A stretch of DNA of 60,039 nt, the filler included, from an uncultured virus (IMG/VR IMGVR_UViG_2502082094_000001) (taxonomy: Duplodnaviria > Heunggongvirae > Uroviricota > Caudoviricetes). It is 8 parts of one record of this genome, joined end to end, with 100 filler letters (N's around TTAATTAATTAA, not from the genome) between each part and the next. Parts side by side here need not be neighbours in the genome. Positions count along the whole stretch, not along the records: positions 51,266 to 54,032 come from IMGVR_UViG_2502082094_000001; positions 54,133 to 60,039 come from IMGVR_UViG_2502082094_000001; 6 more parts are not named here. One strand, written 5' to 3'. The position numbers and the translations under genes were made by a program. This document shows, in pieces, positions 53,531 through 60,039 of the stretch. The stretch's first letter is position 1; each line of letters begins with the position of its first letter. A model generated the notes under the pieces. The model did no database searches, was not told where the DNA came from, and saw nothing but the letters and a program-made list of their open reading frames with translations.

Positions 53531-53602
53531 TAACAGAAGAGGGAATTGAACCCCTGACACTCTGACCAAGTGCTCCTACCCGGTTGACAACCGGCTTCTG
53601 TT
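53531..53602 (-). ncRNA. Non-canonical tRNA-like cloverleaf
   Basis: AACAGAAG/CTTCTGTT closing stem, CCGGTT-GTC-AACCGG, GCACT-TGGTCAG-AGTGT, GGG-TTCAATT-CCC T-arm. Confidence 0.5.
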
Positions 53603-53677
53603 TGTAGAACTTACGAGTTACTTCTTTGATTTGGCACAGGGCTTCATCAATGGAAGCCCATAAGCAGCTCTCGCGCC

Positions 53678-53816
53678 TGGAGTTTTGGCTGAGGGGCAAC
53701 TCAGTAAGTTCTGTACATCTCATTGTTGCCTTGGACTTTGGCCCAAGCTCGCTCCGATACGAGTTCAGAGTCATATTTGGGTCTGGTTTAGCGATCTTTA
53801 GCTCAGCCTGACTCCA
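53678..53816 (-). ncRNA. Candidate ~140-nt multibranch ncRNA
   Basis: Closing helices TGGAGT/ACTCCA and GGCTGAG/CTCAGCC enclose several hairpins. Confidence 0.5.
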
Positions 53817-53817
53817 A

Positions 53818-53863
53818 TGCTCACTCAGGTCTCGAACCTGAAACGGGCCGAATCTACATGAGC
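53818..53863 (-). ncRNA. Minimal tRNA-like element with longer linker
   Basis: GCTCAT-(16 nt containing GG)-TCAGG-TTCGAGA-CCTGA-GTGAGC-A. Confidence 0.6.
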
Positions 53864-53865
53864 TG

Positions 53866-54027
53866 TTAGTCATTGTCTTCGTCCCCACAATGAGCTTGAT
53901 CTTCTTCGTAAGCGTCCATTAGATGGACTAGCGCTTCGTCATTAGTCATGGAGTTACTCTCCGCTTTTATCCTCTTGAACCTCAAGAACTGAGATTGGTT
54001 TAGATCACAGCGGAGATTTTTTGCCAT
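53866..54027 (-). CDS. Small RHH-like protein (not in ORF track)
   Basis: MAKNLRCDLNQSQFLRFKRIKAE...TNDEALVHLMDAYEE...*. Confidence 0.5.
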   Translation of the reverse strand: MAKNLRCDLNQSQFLRFKRIKAESNSMTNDEALVHLMDAYEEDQAHCGDEDND

Positions 54028-54132
54028 ATTGTNNNNNNNNNNNNNNNNNNNNNNNNNNNNNNNNNNNNNNNNNNNNTTAATTAATTAANNNNNNNNNNNN
54101 NNNNNNNNNNNNNNNNNNNNNNNNNNNNNNNN

Positions 54133-54305
54133 TCAGTGTCTGGTTGATCTGTACCTGGATCTGTGCTCACACGTTGAGCATCGCGGTCTACTTCAAACCC
54201 TACAGCTAGTGGCTCTTGCTCATTTGATTCATCATCATCGTCTGTGGATGAATCACTGCTTGAGCTTGATGAGCTACTATCTGTTTGGAAGTCATCTAAT
54301 CCCAT
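54133..54305 (-). CDS. Hypothetical protein starting MGLDDF, partial
   Basis: N-terminal tag followed by a poly-Ser/Asp linker. Confidence 0.7.
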
Positions 54306-54366
54306 GATTGTATTGTGTGCTTGTTTACTGTACTACCCTTAGACTCTGTTTTCATTGTTTCTTTGA

Positions 54367-54408
54367 TGCCCACGCGGAGGAGTCGAACCTCCGCTACTCC
54401 AAGTGGGC
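54367..54408 (-). ncRNA. Minimal tRNA-like element
   Basis: GCCCAC-TTGGAGTA-GCGGAGG-TTCGACT-CCTCCGC-GTGGGC-A (6+7 bp). Confidence 0.8.
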
Positions 54409-54423
54409 GTGTTCCAATCTAGA

Positions 54424-55041
54424 TTACCAGTGTTCTATGTCTGTATGCCCCTTCAACTCAGTATCTACATCGTCACTTTTCCTGAAGCGTTGAGTGTATG
54501 ATTCTCCATGTATAGCTTTCATAGCATGTTCTGTGTCTTTGATAGACCAGTCATCTGTCATGCTATCAGCCATAGCCATCTTGACTACGTGTCTCACTTG
54601 GTGGAATGTGTTTACTACAACCTGAGTATCAGGTCCAACATCACTACCAAATCTGTTCTCTAACTCCGACATACACTCATCTTTCTCTACTTCTCCAGTG
54701 TCCAGCATAATGACTTCTCTTGGGACATTACCCAAAGTCATTTGCTGGGTAGACAAGCAAGATACAATACCTTCTGCGTCACCCAGCGTGTAGCGTGCTG
54801 CTGTATTGTACTCTGAGTCTTTAGTTATAATCGGGAATACAGGTAGTCTGTACTTGATTGAATCACTATTTACGCTTATGTGATCTTCTACAGTGTCTTC
54901 AAATTCACTATACGACTCGTACCCGTATGGGCCTGTGTTGTCTTCTGCTTGTTTTGGATCTTGAGACTCGTTTGAATCGTCTTCATTATTGTCTGACCCG
55001 CTACTACTCAAGTCTTCATCTATAAATTGCTCAAGCCCCAT
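54424..55041 (-). CDS. Hypothetical protein starting MGLEQF; paralog of 59628-60039
   Basis: Shared VSC...LG...E..M.D.G...K.E.M.E.E.R.G block. Confidence 0.7.
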   Translation of the reverse strand: MGLEQFIDEDLSSSGSDNNEDDSNESQDPKQAEDNTGPYGYESYSEFEDTVEDHISVNSDSIKYRLPVFPIITKDSEYNTAARYTLGDAEGIVSCLSTQQMTLGNVPREVIMLDTGEVEKDECMSELENRFGSDVGPDTQVVVNTFHQVRHVVKMAMADSMTDDWSIKDTEHAMKAIHGESYTQRFRKSDDVDTELKGHTDIEHW

Positions 55042-55051
55042 GAATTAACGA

Positions 55052-55351
55052 TTACTCTTCTAGGTAATCCTGGATGAACTCTTCGACGTTCTCACGTAGT
55101 CTTTTTTCCTCATCTGGGTCAAGATCTACGTTGTGCTCATCTGTGTCAAGGATCTCGTTTGCTCTTTGGATGATTGCTTTATCACCGTTCCCGTCAGCAC
55201 ATAGTGCTGCCTCCATAGCCCAGTCAGGGCTACGGGCAATCATTCCAGTCCAGAAAGCCTCGTCAACAGTAACGTTCCCTAGTTGCTTTCGGGTTTTGAT
55301 GGTCGTTTCCTCTTCTTCTTGCTCAGATTGTTGAAATTCTTCTAGTCCCAT
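55052..55351 (-). CDS. Hypothetical protein starting MGLEEF
   Basis: Acidic ORF within the operon. Confidence 0.7.
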   Translation of the reverse strand: MGLEEFQQSEQEEEETTIKTRKQLGNVTVDEAFWTGMIARSPDWAMEAALCADGNGDKAIIQRANEILDTDEHNVDLDPDEEKRLRENVEEFIQDYLEE

Positions 55352-55647
55352 TAGCTTTCAACCTCAAAGTATCCGCTGACTGAACCGCTTCCTTCTACCT
55401 CTTGTTTTACGCGCTTTGCGGCCTCTATTGCTGATGATTTATTGAGACGCTGACTTTCCTTACCGTTATACGTAGCTAGTCTGGAGTCCCAACTGTCTAC
55501 AACATCACCATTATCGAGAAGTCTTACTTTGTACTCCCACCAATTCTTATCATTTACTGTCTCGATTCTGTCACAGACACGGTATACATCAAAGTCTACC
55601 GTGTAGCTATGTTCTGGACTGTCTTTGCTAGTTTGTGTGTTGGGCAT
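55351..55647 (-). CDS. Hypothetical protein
   Basis: Coupled ORF downstream of the hammerhead. Confidence 0.65.
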   Translation of the reverse strand: MPNTQTSKDSPEHSYTVDFDVYRVCDRIETVNDKNWWEYKVRLLDNGDVVDSWDSRLATYNGKESQRLNKSSAIEAAKRVKQEVEGSGSVSGYFEVES

Positions 55648-55655
55648 ATTTTCTT

Positions 55656-55730
55656 CTAACTTTGTTGTTTCGCTTGGACCAGACCCAAGCTCATCAGGTG
55701 GCTAATGTATGCCACGACGTAAATAGTTAG
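55656..55730 (-). ncRNA. Type III hammerhead ribozyme
   Basis: GUC^-GUGGC-AUACAUUA-GCCAC-CUGAUGA-GCUUGG-GUCUGGU-CCAAGC-GAAAC; distal stem III CUAACU/AGUUAG. Confidence 0.8.
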
Positions 55731-55746
55731 GGGTATTGCTACATGG

Positions 55747-56124
55747 TTAGCGGTTTAGCTCAGTCCATGCCTCCACTAAGATCTTTAGTAAATCTTCACT
55801 TAGTACACACGTATTAAGCCAATGTTCATCTTCCTGTGGGAACTCAAACGGTGTACTTACCGTGTACTGATTTTCCTCTTCAATCCACGCATGTATTTGC
55901 TCTATTGAGTCAATGTCACGAGCAACTATTAAACTATACCATACCTCCGCTCCTCCTACGATGCCGCTTGTTACTTCTCTCATACTACCTGCATTTTCTC
56001 CATAGGCAAAGTAGCAGCTAGGGCAAGCGATGAACGTATACCACGTACCGCTACCTTTCTTAATGAAGCAGTTCATCTCACCGCACCGTGGGCAAGGCCC
56101 TCCAAGCCCTTCTGTTCTTGACAT
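55747..56124 (-). CDS. Zn-finger protein
   Basis: CPRCG...CPSC. Confidence 0.7.
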   Translation of the reverse strand: MSRTEGLGGPCPRCGEMNCFIKKGSGTWYTFIACPSCYFAYGENAGSMREVTSGIVGGAEVWYSLIVARDIDSIEQIHAWIEEENQYTVSTPFEFPQEDEHWLNTCVLSEDLLKILVEAWTELNR

Positions 56125-56126
56125 TG

Positions 56127-56573
56127 TTAACTAGTAGTTTCTGTTTTAAGGTCTATTCTCACGCCATTCTCGAACTCTTTACGTTCTCCATTAACCTCTA
56201 CATACCACTGTTTATCTAGTTGAAACACATCAACTGTTGATGGGAGTATCTTGTTCAGGGTTCTCTTTGTGAGTTTGGTTTTGTGATCTGCGTGTCTAAG
56301 CTTGAACTCTGTGTTGTTATACCGAATTGCTATAAGATTTTGGTGTAGATAGAAGTGTCTGTTACTGTTGTAGTCTATAACTGTTATTCTGTACGCTCCC
56401 TTATCTGTAATATTGATACAACCACACTCGTAATCTCTGCCTGGTTGGTGATATGACTCTTCACGTACTACTGCTCCTTTGTCGTATAGAGTTTCAAAGT
56501 CTTTTGGGTTGTAATCACTCATCTCTAAGCGGTAGGCCGCTACCCTAAGCCTGATTGGAGAATTGAACTCCAA
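56127..56573 (-). CDS. Hypothetical viral protein
   Basis: FYLHQNLIA...TKLTKRTLN...VFQLDKQWYV, a phage-like pattern. Confidence 0.6.
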   Translation of the reverse strand: MEFNSPIRLRVAAYRLEMSDYNPKDFETLYDKGAVVREESYHQPGRDYECGCINITDKGAYRITVIDYNSNRHFYLHQNLIAIRYNNTEFKLRHADHKTKLTKRTLNKILPSTVDVFQLDKQWYVEVNGERKEFENGVRIDLKTETTS

Positions 56574-56664
56574 ACTAAGACCACTTCAAGGCTGATAAAT
56601 CAAGAATATATAGGTCATACGTGTAGGTTTAAATAGCAACTATAGCTTTTAGGTATATTACTTT

Positions 56665-56946
56665 TCATTCTATATCGTCTTCCATATTACGTATTGTGTC
56701 AACTAATAACTCATATTCTTGACTATATGTATGCTGGCTATCAATGTTCCGTGTTCCAGTACCGTAATCAATACATACAATATCTCCATCAAGCTTGGCA
56801 AAATTTCCTCTGTTAAAGTCAACTAGATCTATTTTTGCATCCATTATTATGGACGTTACACATATTACCCACTCAGCGTTTGTGATATTTGTATCTGCTT
56901 TTGGCATGGTAAGCCACATATTTTCATCTCCATGATGCTTGACTGG
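56665..56946 (-). CDS. Protein-kinase-like fragment, 5' partial
   Basis: WLTMP hinge, DFNRGNF catalytic loop, CIDYG (DFG-like). Confidence 0.55.
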   Translation of the reverse strand, partial: PVKHHGDENMWLTMPKADTNITNAEWVICVTSIIMDAKIDLVDFNRGNFAKLDGDIVCIDYGTGTRNIDSQHTYSQEYELLVDTIRNMEDDIE

Positions 56947-57252
56947 NNNNNNNNNNNNNNNNNNNNGCTGTTGCTTTATTGTTATTGTTACTGCCCACGG
57001 CGGGGTCTGTGCGCCTTCCGTTGCTGCGAACATTAATCTCTACCTTTAACTCTACCTTATCTAGTCTCTTACAGCAGTCCCGTGGAGATACCTCTTTACT
57101 CTAGAGTGTAGTAGAGTATAAGTAGTACCTTTATAACCCTCTATATTAATACGCGCACGCGACACGCGCCCGCACGCACGTAGTAGGGTTTTGCTCGTAT
57201 TCTAAGCAATAGTACTGACATTAATTGTTCGCAGAACTTCACTTTTTGATGC

Positions 57253-57456
57253 TTATTTATGATCTGCTCTGCTCCTTGCCTGCTTAGCCATTTCTATGTA
57301 TACGTTTGCTGATGACTTTTCAATGAACTCTGCTAGCTCGTCATAGCCCATATCTTCAGCTATTTGCTTGACACCTCGCATGTCAAACATATTTATCATG
57401 CCGCTTCTTCTTATGGCTTCTTGCTGATGAAGCACTTCTTCTGGATATTCACTCAT
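57253..57456 (-). CDS. DUF5049-like small protein
   Basis: EAIRRSGMINMFD. Confidence 0.6.
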   Translation of the reverse strand: MSEYPEEVLHQQEAIRRSGMINMFDMRGVKQIAEDMGYDELAEFIEKSSANVYIEMAKQARSRADHK

Positions 57457-57465
57457 TGCTTACAA

Positions 57466-58426
57466 TGATTCTGTGTACTTAGCGCACGTTGCTCAGACCT
57501 TTCCGATGACATCTGTTGAGTCTTTATCAAGTGCTGTTCTGAGTATGGTTTTGAACTCTACTCTGCTAAGCACTTTCTGGAACTGTTCACTGGATAATTC
57601 GTACTTGTATAGTGGACGTATGCTGTCTAGCTCGATGTTGAACTCCGCATTATTACTTATTATGTCTGATTCCTCGATTCCATTTTTTTGCCTATCAAGT
57701 GTTTCTACACCCTGAAAGCACCCCTTTTTTATCGAGTGCTCATACACTCTTGATGTTAAGCTTGAACCTTCCTCTACTTGCCCTACGTACCAGAACACTC
57801 TTCCGTCCGATGATCTAGTACATTTTAGGACATATACGAAGGCATCAGCGTTTTTATCGTAATCTGGATGTGTCTTTACCAGATTTGACCAGTACTTGTA
57901 GCTTTTACCGCTGTTATTGTTTCTTCTTTCGTTTGCGTTTCTGTACGCTATTTGCTTGTCTGTTACTTCTATTCCTAGACTTATGAGCCCGTTTACAAAT
58001 GAGCCATCTCCATACTTCTTTGAGACTGTACCAGCGGAAAAGGTACAGTGCTCATCTACTTTTGACTTTGTCACTGGCTTATCCAGTTTTGCTAGCTCAT
58101 TTGAGGCTTCGTTTTTACTAGGAGCACTTCTCATGTTTTGCTTTAGTGAGAGATGCTCCTTTACGCCATTAAATGTCTTGTCCGTGTACTCCTTTATGGT
58201 TGTATGGTGTATACCGTTGTTTTCTCTTCTTAGATCTGCTAATGTGAAGCTTTCACCGCACTTTTCTGCTGTTTCAAGAAACATTCTGTATATTTCTGCT
58301 TCAGTTAATTTGTTATCCTCGGCTTCTCTACTTTGATCTCCTGATGAGAATTGTTCTAATCCCATGCGTCAATATACCAAACCTATATAAATAAACTTTT
58401 TGTTTTCACTAGTTTATTGATTCTGT
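57466..58426 (-). mobile_element. Homing endonuclease cassette flanked by TGATTCTGT direct repeats
   Basis: Absent from the allele at ~3460; 9-bp repeat at 57466-57474 and 58418-58426. Confidence 0.8.
57493..58365 (-). CDS. GIY-YIG endonuclease with N-terminal endonuclease-associated repeats
   Basis: FVYVL...WYVGQ...SRVYEH; starts MGLEQF. Confidence 0.75.
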   Translation of the reverse strand: MGLEQFSSGDQSREAEDNKLTEAEIYRMFLETAEKCGESFTLADLRRENNGIHHTTIKEYTDKTFNGVKEHLSLKQNMRSAPSKNEASNELAKLDKPVTKSKVDEHCTFSAGTVSKKYGDGSFVNGLISLGIEVTDKQIAYRNANERRNNNSGKSYKYWSNLVKTHPDYDKNADAFVYVLKCTRSSDGRVFWYVGQVEEGSSLTSRVYEHSIKKGCFQGVETLDRQKNGIEESDIISNNAEFNIELDSIRPLYKYELSSEQFQKVLSRVEFKTILRTALDKDSTDVIGKV

Positions 58427-58861
58427 ATTTTTACAGTTGGGGAACCAAGAACACCCGTAAAATTCTTCACCATTCGAGTTCTCTCGGATCACCATAGTAT
58501 TGCCACACTCTTCGCACTTTTTGACGTTACCTTGTTGCTTAGCGAGCTTGTTGATCTTCTTTTTCAAGTTCTTTTTCCAAGTTTGTATTCTGTTAGTACG
58601 TCTTTCTTTGAGTACTGGACGGCCACTATCCGTATGTAGCACTACTGTTCTGATAGCGTCTGAACCTCTACTACGTGCTTCTCCAGTGCGCTTATCAAGC
58701 GATGAATAGACACGTAGCGTGAATGTGTCGTCTTTTGACTTAGCCTCGTATATCAGTTCTCCTGACCACGGGTAGTCTTTTCTTTCAAAGTCCACGTCGG
58801 TTTCTGAAAGAGCCTGTTCAAACTCTTCTTGGATAATGTCTGAGTATTTTCGGTTACTCAT
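58409..58861 (-). CDS. Protein with topoisomerase-type Zn ribbon
   Basis: CEECG...FYGCSWFPNC. Confidence 0.7.
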   Translation of the reverse strand: MSNRKYSDIIQEEFEQALSETDVDFERKDYPWSGELIYEAKSKDDTFTLRVYSSLDKRTGEARSRGSDAIRTVVLHTDSGRPVLKERRTNRIQTWKKNLKKKINKLAKQQGNVKKCEECGNTMVIRENSNGEEFYGCSWFPNCKNTESIN

Positions 58862-59067
58862 AGTATAGTACGGTGTACTTGATCTTCACTGTCTTCTGTT
58901 TTGTTTTTTAGCTCATCTAACGTACCGTGTACTTCTAAGCGATTCTTGTTGTGTAATCCGATATTTTCTGAATTTACTACCTCGTATTTTGCTTCTACCT
59001 CGTCTCCAGCCATTACACAGTACAAACTACGTTTACTACCGTCAAGCGTCAAGACGTATACTGGCAT
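58858..59067 (-). CDS. Hypothetical protein
   Basis: Coupled ORF. Confidence 0.6.
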   Translation of the reverse strand: MPVYVLTLDGSKRSLYCVMAGDEVEAKYEVVNSENIGLHNKNRLEVHGTLDELKNKTEDSEDQVHRTIL

Positions 59068-59099
59068 TGTTTTGTGCTAGTTTTATGTCGTCTCGGACA

Positions 59100-59140
59100 A
59101 GCCCCGTTAAGGAGTCGAACCTTAAAAATCCAAGCGGGGT
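59100..59140 (-). ncRNA. Minimal tRNA-like element
   Basis: ACCCCG-CTTGGATTT-TTAAGG-TTCGACT-CCTTAA-CGGGGC-T. Confidence 0.8.
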
Positions 59141-59145
59141 GTGGG

Positions 59146-59625
59146 CTATCCTTTTGTGTCTAGCTCTTCTAACTTGGAATCAATTGCTCTGTAAAGCTCA
59201 GTCTTCCAAGCGTCTGTTGCTTCGATTATCCGTTCATTGCCAACAGGTTTATACTCCTCTAAGTTCCAGCGAGTTACCTTTATTGGTTTATTATCTTCTG
59301 GCTCAACGTTACCAGTCACCTGTTGTATAGTAGTGAATACCATTACTGTTTCACCACTTTTCTTTGCGTTTGTGCCAGCACCGTACATGACTAGCTCACC
59401 CTCCTCAAAGCGGTCAGTACTGAATTGTTTTACCCACTTGTTGCCGAGAGCTTTGATCTGGGATTTTATGGCTCTTGGCGTTATTTGGAACTTATCGTAG
59501 AATGCCTCGTTTGCTGCAGATGGGGAGTTAACCGCTTTCTTAGGCTCGCTTTTGCTTCGTGTTGAAGTGGAATTGTTACCACTTGAGTTGCTCGACGAAT
59601 CTTGCTGGAAATCTTCTAGTCCCAT
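59146..59625 (-). CDS. Hypothetical protein starting MGLEDF
   Basis: N-terminal tag followed by a Ser/Asn linker. Confidence 0.7.
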   Translation of the reverse strand: MGLEDFQQDSSSNSSGNNSTSTRSKSEPKKAVNSPSAANEAFYDKFQITPRAIKSQIKALGNKWVKQFSTDRFEEGELVMYGAGTNAKKSGETVMVFTTIQQVTGNVEPEDNKPIKVTRWNLEEYKPVGNERIIEATDAWKTELYRAIDSKLEELDTKG

Positions 59626-59627
59626 GT

Positions 59628-60039
59628 TTAGTCCTCAGGCCACGAGCTTTCTTCTAAGCCGATACGTAGCATGTTCTTCTTGAATATTCTATTGCCAAGC
59701 TCTTCTATGTTCACGAGATCGCCTTCTCTGAACTGGTTGTTGGCTTGAGCAATATCTCGCATGAAGGTAACATTACCGAAGTAGTTAATGTATACTGTGG
59801 TTTCTCCATCAGGCTTGTCGCCAATTCTGGACTCTACCTCGTCCATAACCTCTTGTTTAGTGTGGTATCCTACATCAAACATCACCATTTCTTTGTTTAG
59901 GCTACCAAGCTGGACTTTGTTTGAGCCCATACAGCTGACCACTCTGCCGTTCCATGCTGGCTTTGGATCGCTTTTCAAGCACTTGAGCAAGTACGCTCTC
60001 CGTGGTTATACTTATCTTCCACAGTTATCATAGTAAACA
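59628..60039 (-). CDS. Hypothetical protein, runs off the window; paralog of 54424-55041
   Basis: Aligned blocks with 54424-55041. Confidence 0.65.

Noticed and set aside
53678..53816. RNase P RNA identity (AAAGTCC and ACAGAA strings)
   Set aside because: The P4 pairing and the GAGGAA context could not be built.
53436..53888. 150-aa ORF
   Set aside because: Not acidic and coincides with dense RNA structure.
12570..54132. Repeated TTAATTAATTAA inside N runs
   Set aside because: Artificial contig-joining linker with stops in all frames.
34076..59140. tRNA fragments as integration (att) sites
   Set aside because: The stems are self-complementary with different sequences at each locus, none copies the 3' end of the three real tRNAs, and no integrase is visible.

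Overview
This window is an AT-rich, gene-dense scaffold encoding strongly acidic proteins. It is most consistent with a large dsDNA virus (or virus-like element) of halophilic archaea. It is not one contiguous molecule: contigs are joined by about 20-N gaps and by artificial 100-nt N/TTAATTAATTAA/N spacers. The first ~5.8 kb are allelic variants of regions later in the window, and several genes carry apparent single-base frameshifts. Recognisable modules are: (i) replication, recombination and nucleotide metabolism (PolB, PCNA, primase-polymerase, MCM-like ATPase, RadA/RadB-like ATPase, Cas4-like nuclease, SSB candidate, dUTPase/dCTP deaminase, cytidine deaminase); (ii) three free-standing homing endonucleases; (iii) a probable structural region with a YadA-like fibre, S8, trypsin-like and JAB proteases, a ParA/Mrp ATPase and two UbiA prenyltransferases, but no recognisable terminase, portal or HK97 capsid; (iv) a SipW plus TasA-like secreted-fibre cassette; (v) three tRNAs. 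Two signals stand out. First, at least seven distinct loci carry minimal tRNA mimics (acceptor stem plus T-arm, mostly a 12-bp stack, with a GG-containing linker) between genes of the long minus-strand operons. With a type III hammerhead ribozyme and candidate structured ncRNAs, these suggest RNA-punctuation processing of viral transcripts. Second, ten otherwise unrelated proteins begin with the peptide MG[LV][DE]xF, which resembles a truncated haloarchaeal PCNA-binding motif, in a genome encoding its own PCNA. All calls come from reading motifs by eye; no searches or folding programs were run.
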